Below, piece by piece: positions 11,401-23,400 of a DNA stretch of 64,000 nucleotides (its first letter is position 1; each line of letters opens with the position of its first letter). The notes beneath the pieces are model-generated. The model made no database searches and was not told where the DNA came from. It was given only the letters and a program-made list of their open reading frames with translations. A program made the position numbers and the translations under genes. The stretch covers positions 24,430,001 through 24,494,000 of the forward strand of contig NW_024704743.1 of the NCBI RefSeq assembly GCF_018977255.1, given 5' to 3'. The DNA comes from Callorhinchus milii. Its lineage: Eukaryota.

Positions 11401-14400
11401 TGCAGCATGAGCGGGAAATGGGCTTCACTCACCCTGAATCCCCGCTGTTGAGCTTGGCTGTGTGTCTCCCTCCTCTGTCTGCATGTGTATGTCTGTGAGT
11501 GTGTATGTGTCTGTGAGCGTGTGTCTCTGTGAGTGTGTGTGTGTGTGTCTGAGTATGTGTCTCCCTGTGTCTGTCTGTAGAGATAAGAAAATATATGTCT
11601 ACATTAAAAAAGTTGTACTGGGTTCCATTGTATACAGTGGATAGATTCAAAATGTTCTAGACTAGCTTGCTTAACATCGTATAATGGAATGTTTTATGCT
11701 GTTTCACAAAGGAGAATACAGGCCAGAAGGAGGGAGCATTTCATTGAAAAACTGAAAATCATTTACAGTGTATTGTGCGGGCTTCTGAATATGAGATGCA
11801 GAGATCTCAAACGTTCTGTAAGTCCATAAATTCTCTGTGTGATGTTCAATCAATTGCAGGAGGATTAGTATGAAAAGTAACCATTTAATTAAATATAGTG
11901 AGTATCATACTAATTGTATTTATGAATTAGTGTTACAAAATTAAAGGAATATTGAATTGCCAACAATTGGCATATATCCAGTCTCAGCTGGGGCTGCTTT
12001 TGCTTTCTTCAAGCCAGGTAACTGATGCATGCAGAAACCCATCACTGTGCTTGAATGTATCCAAACCAGAAAGAGTTCCACGTATGTACACCATCTACGT
12101 TTGGAACATTTTTTATGTCTGGAATAGAATGCACACTTGCTCCCTGGAGGGATATGCGCTGCATTCCTAATTCCAGTGAAATATTAGGTGTAGGCTGGAG
12201 AGAGATGAGGCTTGGGGATTTGAGTGTGTGTTCAGGTACTACTAAAACCGCATAGCTTGCCTTTGAGAGCATTGTCTGGTAAGCTTCCCACTACCTATCC
12301 AGCTAGGACCAACCTACCACTTAGAGCTTTGACTTGCGTGGTTAAGGGAAACTGAGTGGGAAGAATCTCTGTGACTAGTCCGCTTCTCCAAATCTTAACA
12401 ATGAGCCAGACTGGTTGGGCTGTAGTCAGCAGTGCTCTGGAGCATTGCAGATCTGCCTGGCTCAGGAACCGGACTGCTAAGAGCATCACATAGGATTGAC
12501 TTGATTCCAACATTCCATTGCCAAGCATGTTACCTTGGGAGACAACTCAACTCCAAGGAAACCTTGCTAACCAACTTTTAATCTCGGATACGGAAAAAAT
12601 TCCATATAAAATAAAATGTAATTTTTATGGAATTTCAAGTTTGTTCTGACTTGTGTTTTTTGTTAGTTAAAAGTGCAAACATCATATTCAAATTGCACAT
12701 TATAATTAAACAATGTAAAAATAAGTTCAAATACTACACAATAATTCCACAGTGCTAATTGAGAGGCTAATTTACAGCTAATAAGCAAATAACCAACCAA
12801 CTAACTAAACAATAATAATATGAAATAATATATAACAGCCAACATGACAACAGAAAGTGTAGATTCAAAGACCAACTTTTTGAGAATATTGGCATCACAA
12901 TTGATGGAGAATCTATATGATATGCAGTAGTTATTAAGATAAATGCGTAATAGGAAATTAAATAGGAGGTACACATGTTCCATGGATCAGACAAAATTAA
13001 ATAGACTAATTTTTAAGACATAACATTTTTTAAAAAAATCTAATAGTTTAGAATGGGCTGATTGTACTACAGCAAAAGTAAAGCAAATTCTTAAAGAAAT
13101 TTCTGCAGTATGCTAAACGTAAGGAAAATGGGCAGTAGAAGCAAACTTTCTAGAAGATCCAGAAGAAATATCAGGAAAAACCTGGAGCTGCCTCCAGCTT
13201 TAGGGGAGTTTGTTCACTCAGCATCATTGAAGGCCTAAAATTTCATCTGGTCTCAGCACTCAGGACCATTTGTCATAAAATGTAAGATTATGCGGATATA
13301 TGTGTGAATGACTTAGCAATATCTAAAAGTTTGCAGATGACACAAAACTTGGGAACATGGTAAACAGTGAGGAAGATGGTAGCAGACTGCAGGAGGAAAT
13401 AGACAGAATGGCAAAATGGGCAGACACATGGCAGATGAACTTTAATGCAGAAAAATGTGAGATGATCCTTTTTTGGAGGAAGAATAATGAGAGGCAATAT
13501 ACAATAAATTGTACCGTTTTAAAGGGTAGGAGCAGAGAGACATGGGAGGTTATTCACATACACAGGTCTTTGAAGGTGGCAGGACAGGTTGATAGAGCTG
13601 TTAAAAACATGGGATCCTTGAGTTTATAAATAGAGGCATAGAGTACAAAAGCGAGGAGGTTCTTCTAAACCTTTATAAGTCATTGGTTAGGCCTCAGCTG
13701 GAGGATCATGTCCAATTCTGGGCACCACACTTTAGGAAGGATGTCAAAGCCTTGGAGAGGGTGTAGAAGAGATTTACCAGAATGGTACCAGGGATGATGG
13801 ACTTTAGGTATGTGGAGAGACTAGAGAAGCTAGGATTGTCCTTATTGGAGCAGAGAAGGTTAAAGGGGATTTAATAGAGGTGTTCAAAATTATGAGGGCA
13901 TTTGATAGAGTAGATAAGGTAAACTGGCTGGTGGGTCAGTAACCAGGGCACATAGATATAAGATAATTGGCAAAAGAACCAGAGGGCAAATGAGAATGTT
14001 TTTTTACACAGAGAATTGTTACGGTCTGGAATCCACTGCCTGAAAGGGTAGTGGAAACAGATTCAATAACAACTTTCAAAAGGGAATTAGATAGGTGCAG
14101 GGGCATAGAGAAAGAGGGGGGGATGGAACTGATTGCTTAGCTCTTCTGAAGAGCCGGCACAGGCACGATGGGCCGAATGGCCTCCTTCTGTCTTGTAATA
14201 TTCTGTGATTCTATGCATTGTGGAAAATTATTTAATTCAGTTTTAATTTGGAAGCCATGTTCTTTGTAATAACTGGAAAACTGACCTCCAAATTGTAAGA
14301 ATTTTTCAGAATTCTGCAACATCTTAAATTTTTACAATAAATCGTTTTAAAGGTAAAGGCTCGGTGGAATTACAGCATCCAATTTATCTGCCCTGCAGTT

Positions 14401-17400
14401 TCTTTAATACTGATATGGTATTGTACTCTCTTGCAACTGACTTCCCACTTCTTGAATTATGTATGTGTACTACCTCATTAATATACTTGGTTTTACTTTT
14501 TCTAAACAATTGATTATTAAAGTTAGACCTACAAGGGGAAAAATAATTTACAACTGGAATTCCAGGAACTGATACTAAAGTACTCTGCACCTGAATTACA
14601 TTCATTGCAGAATACTTTGCCAGCAAAATTAGAATATTTTGTTACTAGAATTGTTTAAATATTTGTATCAAATTTGCATTGACAAACAAAACATATCTTT
14701 CAATTAGACGCCACTGTCCAGTGATTATATACAATATCTAATGAAAGATCTTCAAACTGAAAGGAATGCGAGGCCTCTCAGACCCTTGCAAAAAGAAAGG
14801 TAAGAACAAATCTTATATAAAATGTTATCATGTGTCGAAAAGAATTACTGTATATTCATATTGTTTGTCACTAAAGCAGCTAGATTGTTAGAATAGATAT
14901 GATTTGTTCAGTAACCTGCACATCAAATGACCTGTAAATCTGCTCTGCTAAAGAAATGTATCCCCTTTATAACTTCATAGTATTATATAATAATAATACT
15001 TATATTGGATATAGTGCCTTTCACGTCAGAGGATGTCTCAAAGCAGCTCATATGATTTACCGTAAAGTGCAGTGACTGTATTCTGTAGAGGAGCATGGCA
15101 GCTAGTTTGCATATAGCAATGTCCCACAAACAGACAAGAGGTGAATGATCAATTATATCTGGGGAATTGTTGGCCAGGACACTGGGTGGAAACTTCCTTC
15201 TCTTTTCAGATAGTGCCATGGGATCTTTAATGGATGTTTCATCTCAAAAATGACACTTCTAACAACACATCACTCCCCAGCGCTGCACTGAAGCGTCAGC
15301 CTAGATTATGAATTCAAAATTCCAAAAGGGGTAGGGTGTCAAACCCACAACCTTCATGACTCAGAGGCAAGAATGCTACCAGTTAAACCAGACTAGCACA
15401 CAAATGATGGGTAAGGTAATTCGAAAGTGGAGAGAGAAGGAAGAAGTGTGAATTTACGTAGATATTGTGAAACATTGGCACTGTGTGTGTGGGTGGTGGT
15501 GGTGGGGAGTGGGGGGAGAGAAGGTTGGTAGGTGGAAAATGAGAGGATTGAGGATAAGGACTGTGACAGTGCATGAGAGGGAGAATCTACCTTGCATTGC
15601 TAGGATTTTCTGTTGTTTCCAACCATTCAGTAAGGTTTAGTTTATTGACAATTTGTGTAGTATACTAGTGACAGTAAGAATCTTTTGATTGAATTAAAGA
15701 TGGTACACAAAGCATATTATATTTCATTTAGTGACTTGGTAATGTAACCATTTTCTCTCTGTTGTTACATGTGTCAGCCTCTCTCAGATGATGACACACT
15801 TGACTCTGAGCCAGAAGGTTGTGGGTTCAAGCCCCATGTTAAGACTTTGAGGTCATAGTCTACGCTGGCACTCACCTAGTCTAGGCTGGGAGTGTGCTGC
15901 ATTGTTAGATGTGTTCTCCTTTAGATGAGATGTTGCCCCCTTAGGTGGACGTTAAAGATATTGACTCTTCTAAAAAAAAAATGATTTTTTACCAGTACCC
16001 TGGCCAGCAATCTCCCAGATTAAATCAGTTATTCACTTCATTGCTATTTGTGGAGTTCTGTGGTTTAGTGGTTAGCGCACTCACCTCGCAAGTGAGAGAC
16101 CTGGGTTCGATTCCCGGCAGGGCGAAATATTGGGCAAGTTTCAGTATTCCACACGCCTCTGTTTACCTAACCTGTGGAGTCCTGTAGCTCAGTGGTTAGA
16201 GCACTCGTTTTGCAAGCGAGAGACCTGAGTTCAATTCCAGGCAGAGGGCGAAACTTTGGGCAAGTTTCCTTACTCCACACAGAGCCTAATAATAATCCCT
16301 CCAAAACCAAAAACAATAATAAATTGGTCATTTTCAATCCACGACAGTTTGTGGGACATTGCTGTGCTCAATTGGCTGCCGCGTTCGCCCACAAATATAG
16401 AGTCAATTCACTTTACATTGTGTTCTGTGAAGCGCTTTGGGACGTCCTCCCGAAGTGAAAAGCGCTATATCAAATGCAAGGATTATTATTATTATAACAG
16501 TAAGTAGGAACCCGTCTGTTAGTTGATTGGTGGATCGCTTTTCCGGTGGTAATATATAATAGTCCTTGCATTTGATATAGGGGTTTTCACGTCTTCTCGA
16601 CATCCCAAAGTGCTTAAAAGAATAGACTGTAAAGTGAATTGACCATATATTTGTGGGCGAAACACAGCAGCCAATTGCGCACAGCAGTGTCCCACAAACA
16701 GTCATGGATTGAAAATGACCAATTTTTTATTATTGTTTATTTTTGGAGGGATTATTTCTTCAAAAAAATCATTCCTTCAAAAAAAAATTGGTAACTTCAA
16801 TCCACGACTCTTTGTGGGCCACTGCTGTGCGCAATTGGCTGCCGCATTTCGCCCACAAAATATACAGTCAATTCCCTTTACAGTATATTCTGTGAGGCGC
16901 TTTGAAAGGTCTCGAAGGCGTGATAAGGCGCTATATTGAATGCAAGGATTAGTTTTATTATTATTTGTGGAATATTGTGTGTGGAAATTAGTTGCCGTGT
17001 TCACTGACAAAGTAGTCACTACTATGTTTGATGTGATAAGACATAATATCAAATGCATCATCTATATTGGGACTAATCTCAAGTAATATAGATTTTAAAC
17101 TCTACAGGATGCTGTGGTAGTATTTGCTTGCACTGAACACTATTGCTTGCACTGGTAAAAATAGAATTTAGATATCAAAATTCAGTTGAGCATCTTTGAA
17201 ATTAGTCAAGAAGGTTGGAGGCACATTTTACCATAGAGCTCTCATATTGATGGATGCAGTTTAATCACTAATAAAGTACAAAAACACAAAGATATGTAGT
17301 GGAAGCATTACGTTGCCTTGAATTATTCTGGGATAATTATAATTCAATCATTGTAACTTTGGAAATAGTGGCTATAAACTCAAAACATCTCGAAGGTGCT

Positions 17401-20400
17401 ACTATTTGTCAGCAAACAGCAGTCAGTTGTATGCACAGTAAGGTTCCATAAACAACCACAAAGTATTTGGGAGATGGTTAGCCAGGATACCTGGGCCCTT
17501 CTCTTTTCAAATTAGTTTTGTGGTAATTGTTAACGTCTACCTGACCAGGCGCATGTATCTAGTTTTAAAATCTCATTTGAAGGATAATGACTTTGAAGCG
17601 AGAGTTCTACAAACTGAAGGGGACATCTATATTGTTTAGGTTTCAACCAAATCAATTAATTCTGCAAATTGTTTTTGCTTGTGGTCTGAAACTGCAGAAG
17701 CTAAGGTAAACCGTGCCTGTATGCTTTGTGTATTTCATGTGTACAGCATTCTGTAGGACCATTTTTAAAATTTTGAAAGTAGCTTGCAAGGTTAATGTTT
17801 ATATACTTCTTAAATTACTTTAGTGCTCGCTCAACTCTGAGGAAGTGTTATCCATCGATCATACTATCACCAGAAGATATGCATACTTCAGATTCTATAT
17901 GGAAATCTTTTGTTCACAGTGAAATTCGACCACCGAGTTCAGGTACTTGAGCTAAAACTGTCATCTTAAAAAAAAATGTTTCCTTGATTTAACAGCTCAT
18001 TCAAAAGAGGGCACCTCAGAAAATCCAGCACTGTATTGGAGTATCAGTCCAGACTGTGACTTTAGGATTTAACTTGAAGCTTGAACCCACAACCTTCTCA
18101 CCCGTCTTTCCTTGATCTCAGTATAGTAAAGTGTACATGTTAGAAATAAAAATATCTAGATGAGAATATATTCTATATTGAAAACCACAAGATTAATAAA
18201 AGATTTAATATTCATAAATCATTGAAAACTAGATACCCTGTAGCTGGTGCAGAAAATAATTCAACTAGATTCTGGAGTTCAAACTAACAGAGAAGGGAAA
18301 GTTGCTTATCTTAATTCTGGTTCTTGCCAAAGAAGGGCCTTAAATGTATGTACTTCCCCAACAGCGTACACACCACCCATCCCCACCCAAACCCTGTTGT
18401 AAAATTATCAGGCCAATTTTTAAAAAAAGAATTTCTGGCATCTAACATGTGCTGGTTCCTAGTGCTAGTATTCCTCATATCTTCACCAGCAATATTTCAC
18501 AACCTGTAATAACCAATGTCCTTTGTTAACCCTTTCATCCTTTGTTGATGCCTTCATCCTCCATTAACCCCTTATTATTATAATAATCCTTACATTTGAT
18601 ATAGCAACTTTCACATTGAGAGAAAGTCCTTCACAATATTTTACTTTTAAGTGCAATTACTGTATTTTATAGGGAAAGTGGCAGCCAATTTGAATATGAT
18701 AATGTCCAACAAACAGTCACAAAGTGATTTTACCTGGGGGATTGTTGAGCAAGACACTGGAGAAACTCCCTTCCCTTTTCAAATAGTGCCATGGGATCTT
18801 TAATGTCCATCTAAACTAGCAGACGGACCTTGGTCTAATGTCTTACCGAAGGACGACACCTCCAACAATGCAGCACACTCCCAACATTGCATTTAAGTGT
18901 TAGCATAGATTTTAAGTTCAAATCCTGATAGACTTAAAGGTAAAAATGCTAGAAACGACACCTATACCTGAAACAGGCTGACACTTAAAGTAATGGGTTG
19001 AATGACCAATTTACTGCTTTTGGATAAGGAATGAATACTCCCTGGAAGTTCATTTTTCGTATAGAGCCATTGGGTTTTAACTTCCACTTCAATGGCCAAG
19101 AAAGACATATGGGATCTTAATTTATTTTATCCTCCAAGGAATGGTATCCCCAGCAATGCATTGTTGGAGTATCAGCCTAGATTATGAACCCAAATCCAGG
19201 TGTGGACCTTTAGGCTAAATTGTTACTAACAGAGCCAAACTGGCATTTTAATAAACCTTAAAATACATTTTCTGTTTAATTCAAAGTATTTTTTCTTCCC
19301 TTTAAATTACAGGTTGTGATTTATCAACTAAAGTATTTGGGTAAGAATTCTTTTAATTGTTTGCTATGAAATATTTAGTTCTATTTTGTTTAGCTTAGAT
19401 TTTTTCTTAGAGCTCAAATCACGACTTGCATTTATATAGCACCTGTCACGTAAAAATACAATTACTATCTAATTTACACATATATAGTGCCTTTCGCCTC
19501 AAGGAGTACATGTCAAAGTGTTTGACAAAACCAACTGGGTGCCTGAGCTGAGGGTGGCAGCTCAGGAGAATGTGAGAGAGAAATTGACCAAAATATTGAA
19601 ATAAACATATAATGGTTTTATGGTTATAAAACATCATTGATTAGAAATGAAGTCAATGTCACAGAGACAATAGCCTTTAACTTGATAGACAGAGGAGTGA
19701 CACTTCCTCACAGAATTGATGTGAATTTAAAAAAATCATTTTTTACAGAATTATAAAGACAAAATCAAAGCCACTTGCAAAAGACGCCAAAGAAATAGAT
19801 GGTGAAATGTCAGACCTTCCTCCCTGGTTAGCACTGATTGAGGCTAAGAAAAGTAAGAAACTTATAAAACGTAACTTATTCTAGCAAAGTAATTTATTGT
19901 TTAAAATGAAGTTTAGCAATGCATTTGTAATAAGAAAAAGAAAATGTAGAGTGTCAAACAGATAGAAGTGTTAAAAGTCATTTGATCCTAACAGGGTTTG
20001 AAATAAAGTTTGTTCTCCCCACACCCTCATCTCTCCAAACATGTAGGATCTGGCTGTTAAGTACTTTCTAGTGGTTTCCAGAGCCAGGTAGTACCCTAAT
20101 ACACGCTCTGGGATACTCAAGCTTTAGCTCTTGACAACCTATACCTAATACTCTCTGGAATTAGGTAGGCAGGGTGGCCTCTCCAGGTTGAGAGTGTACA
20201 TTCCATTCTAGTTTCAGAGAAATTTCCAAGTGTAGGCAAAGTACATATGTGAATGTACATCAGTTTGATTTGGATACTCTAAAGCATTAAGCTAACCAAA
20301 AAGTGTGAATTAAGAATAACTTATAATGTTGGAAAGTCTTCTTCAATGTTATTTGAACCCAAAAATAATGCTCACATTTGTTTGTGGAGATAATATACTG

Positions 20401-23400
20401 TTCTAGAAAATGAGTAACTTGAAAAGTACCAATGATAAGCTAACATTATTGCCTAAATTTCAAATAATTTTTGGAGGTTTCTATTGTGTTTGTCGTTTCC
20501 AGCTGAAGAAGAACGTTTTCAACAGAAGTGAGTATTAATATTCTTCCTAAATTTATATTACATATAATCCATTTCTATATTAATATATATAATGTAAGAT
20601 GGGGTTTGGCCCAGGGAATAATTTCATCCGGCTTGCCATCCACTGTGCTCAATTGGCTGCTGCGTTTTGCCCATAAAATATATAGTCAATCCACTTGTTT
20701 GTGGATCAATCACAATCCACATATTTTGTGAAGCGCTTTGAGATGTCTCAATGATGTGAAAAGGTGCTGTATTAAATACAAGGATTATTACTATTTCCTA
20801 CTTTGGGCCACCCACATCCTCTTCCCGTCCTCTCACTGCAGTAGCTCAATGCACAGGGAGTGAAAATAATACTGGCCATTGCTGCTGGGGTTAGGAAGTC
20901 CCTCCCGAGCTGAGGGGAAGCAAGCAAGTCTCCTCATCAACTGCGGCCTCCACAAATTGCAGGGAAATTTGACAAATTTTGTGGAAAATTGCAGGAAGTT
21001 GATTGATGCTATTGAGAGCTATGTTTTACTGCCAATCTTCATTTTTTCACTTTATTGATAAAGACTAAATATGAAGAAATAACACGTATTAGATTGTTGG
21101 AAAAAAAATTATTAATGCTTTAATAAATACTGGGCGGTCCACTTGTGGGGGTGATGGGGGAGGGGATAGTAACGCAGGCTGAATGGTCAATTTCCACACT
21201 GCACTACACTGGAAGGCCAGTGTCCTGAATGTGTGACTCCAGGAGGTCACCACCTCCTGTCTCTCGGGGCCCGCCACTGCACACAGACATAGAGAAACAC
21301 ACACACACTCACAGAGAGACACCGACACTCACAGAAACACCACAAGTACAGACAGAGGAGAGAGACACTCACAAACACACATACAGAGGAGAGAGATACA
21401 CACAGACAATCTCAACAGCGGGGCCTCAGTGTAAACGAAACCCACTTTGGCGTCTCACCGTGCATGCGGCGAGAAAACAGCAGTGCCCAAAGGAACAGTT
21501 GCCGAGGAAACTTAANTTTTTACAGGTTTTAGCAGAGTGGCGAAGGTTTTAGTGGAGGGTGCTGTTTGAAGCGGCAGGGGGTGTTTGTGGCGGATTCTGC
21601 GGAAAAATTACAGCCGTACTTTTCTATTGCCCCTCGCCATGAGTCTTCAGAAAACCTCATTTTCATTCCTGGGCTATTCTAAGGAAAGCAATGTTGGATT
21701 CATTAACTGGAGTTAGAGAATGAAAAATACAGGGCATTAGTTCCTACCCAGTATCCACTGTATTTATAGAAGGTGCACATATGTGACTACCAGGTAAACA
21801 TCAACAACAGCTTACACATAAATAGCACCCTTCACCTAGGATAGCATCTCAGAATGCTTTACAATGATGGGGCAGTTGCTGAGTAAGGGTGAGGTAACCA
21901 TAGGTACTGTTAAAGAGGTGTTAAGGTGTGATTAAGACAGAGAGGGAATCATGACACAGGAGTAGAGGGAGGGAGCTTCAGAGGTTAGAGACATAGTAGC
22001 TAAAGGCTCGGTCACCAATGGTGGTGTGTGTTTTGCAACCCTACGTTCAAATAAATTACTTTGCCAACATTCAACTTTCAAGAATAATGTTTCAGAGGGC
22101 TTCCTGCAGTAGTAGAACTCCTTTCATGAGAAAAAATGTGTGGTTATAAACTAGTTGCTTCTTTGCCTGATTTATTGATTTTTTTTCTCTTTAGATTAAA
22201 GGAGAGCAAGAATCCAATTGGTACATTGAAATCAAAGTTTATAGAGTTACAAAGTTCCTTGGATAAAGCAACTAGAAAAAAGGTGGCAATGAAAAGGGAG
22301 TAAGTACAAATGCTTAATCATAGTGTAAACAACAGTTTCACAGAATTAGAAAATGCTTTCCAATAACCGATATTTCAATGCAAAGTACAATCATGGAGCG
22401 GTTACAGTGATACTGAAGTCACTACCCAAATGTAATAAGGAACAACAACAACAACAACAAGATTCAATTTATAGAGTGCCTTTCACGTCGGGAGGACGTC
22501 CCAAGGCGCTGAATTAAAGAGGAAGTAAAATAAATAAAAAGTGAAGTTAATCTGGGTACATTTCATTGATAACATTTATACGACAGTGTGAGCACAGGAT
22601 GATTTGGAGAATAGAAGGGAGATTTCTCTCCTCAATCCAAGTTTAAAACGCTTGGGTTACAGATTACAATCGCCTTCAGATCTATTATCGATTCAGGCCA
22701 GCAATATTCAAAGCATTCAGTCTCCTTTAATACAAGAGAGTTTCTGTTTAATGGCAGTAACTTGCAGGTAGCTAAGGAGCAAAGAGATTTGGGAGCATAG
22801 CTACATAAGTTATTAAAAGTGACATCACAACAACAAATTACACTTGTATAGAGCCTTTTACATCCGGAGGACATCCCAAGGCACTGGACAGTCAGGGATT
22901 TGGACCCAAGCGGGTTGGGTTCTGGTGGGGTGGAGGGCAGGAAGGGTAGGAGGGTGGCCAAAAGCGTGGTCGAAAAGGAGTGTCTTAGGATGTGCCTTGA
23001 GGAGGGTTTTGGCCGCTTGAGCAGAGAGGCAGTGTCAGAGCCGGGCAATGTTGCGGGGGTGTGGGAAGTCACAGCGGGTCAGGCATGGATGTGGAGATCA
23101 CAAGTAACAAAGGCTATAAAGAAAGCTAATAGCATACAACAACAACAAGATTCCATTTATTGAGCGCCTTTCACGTCGGGAGGACGTCCCAGGCGCTGTA
23201 CAGTTGGGTCAGGACCCGAGCAGGGGGGAAATGGTTAGGGGGAAGGGAGGGAGCGAGGAGGGGGTAGAGATTCGAGAGGGGAGCTGAAGGCACGGTCAAA
23301 GAGAAAGGTCTTGAGACCGGCCTTGAAGGAGGAAAGGGAGGAGGCAAGGCGAAGGCACTGGGGAATAGAGCGCTATATCAAATGCAAGGATTATTATTAT

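Noticed and set aside
11429..11650. His/Thr- and Val/Cys-rich ORFs here and at 21089-21552
   Set aside because: Translations of (CA/TG) microsatellite inside the repeat; the 21229 ORF also spans an N at 21516.
16176..16250. tRNA-Ala-like sequences at SINE 5' ends
   Set aside because: No proper acceptor stem or terminator, and followed by SINE body; these are SINE heads, not tRNA genes.
16174..16507. Recurrent ORFs [11 protein letters not shown].../[11 protein letters not shown]... (also at 23571, 25404, 45939 and elsewhere)
   Set aside because: Chance translations of the multicopy SINE, not genes.
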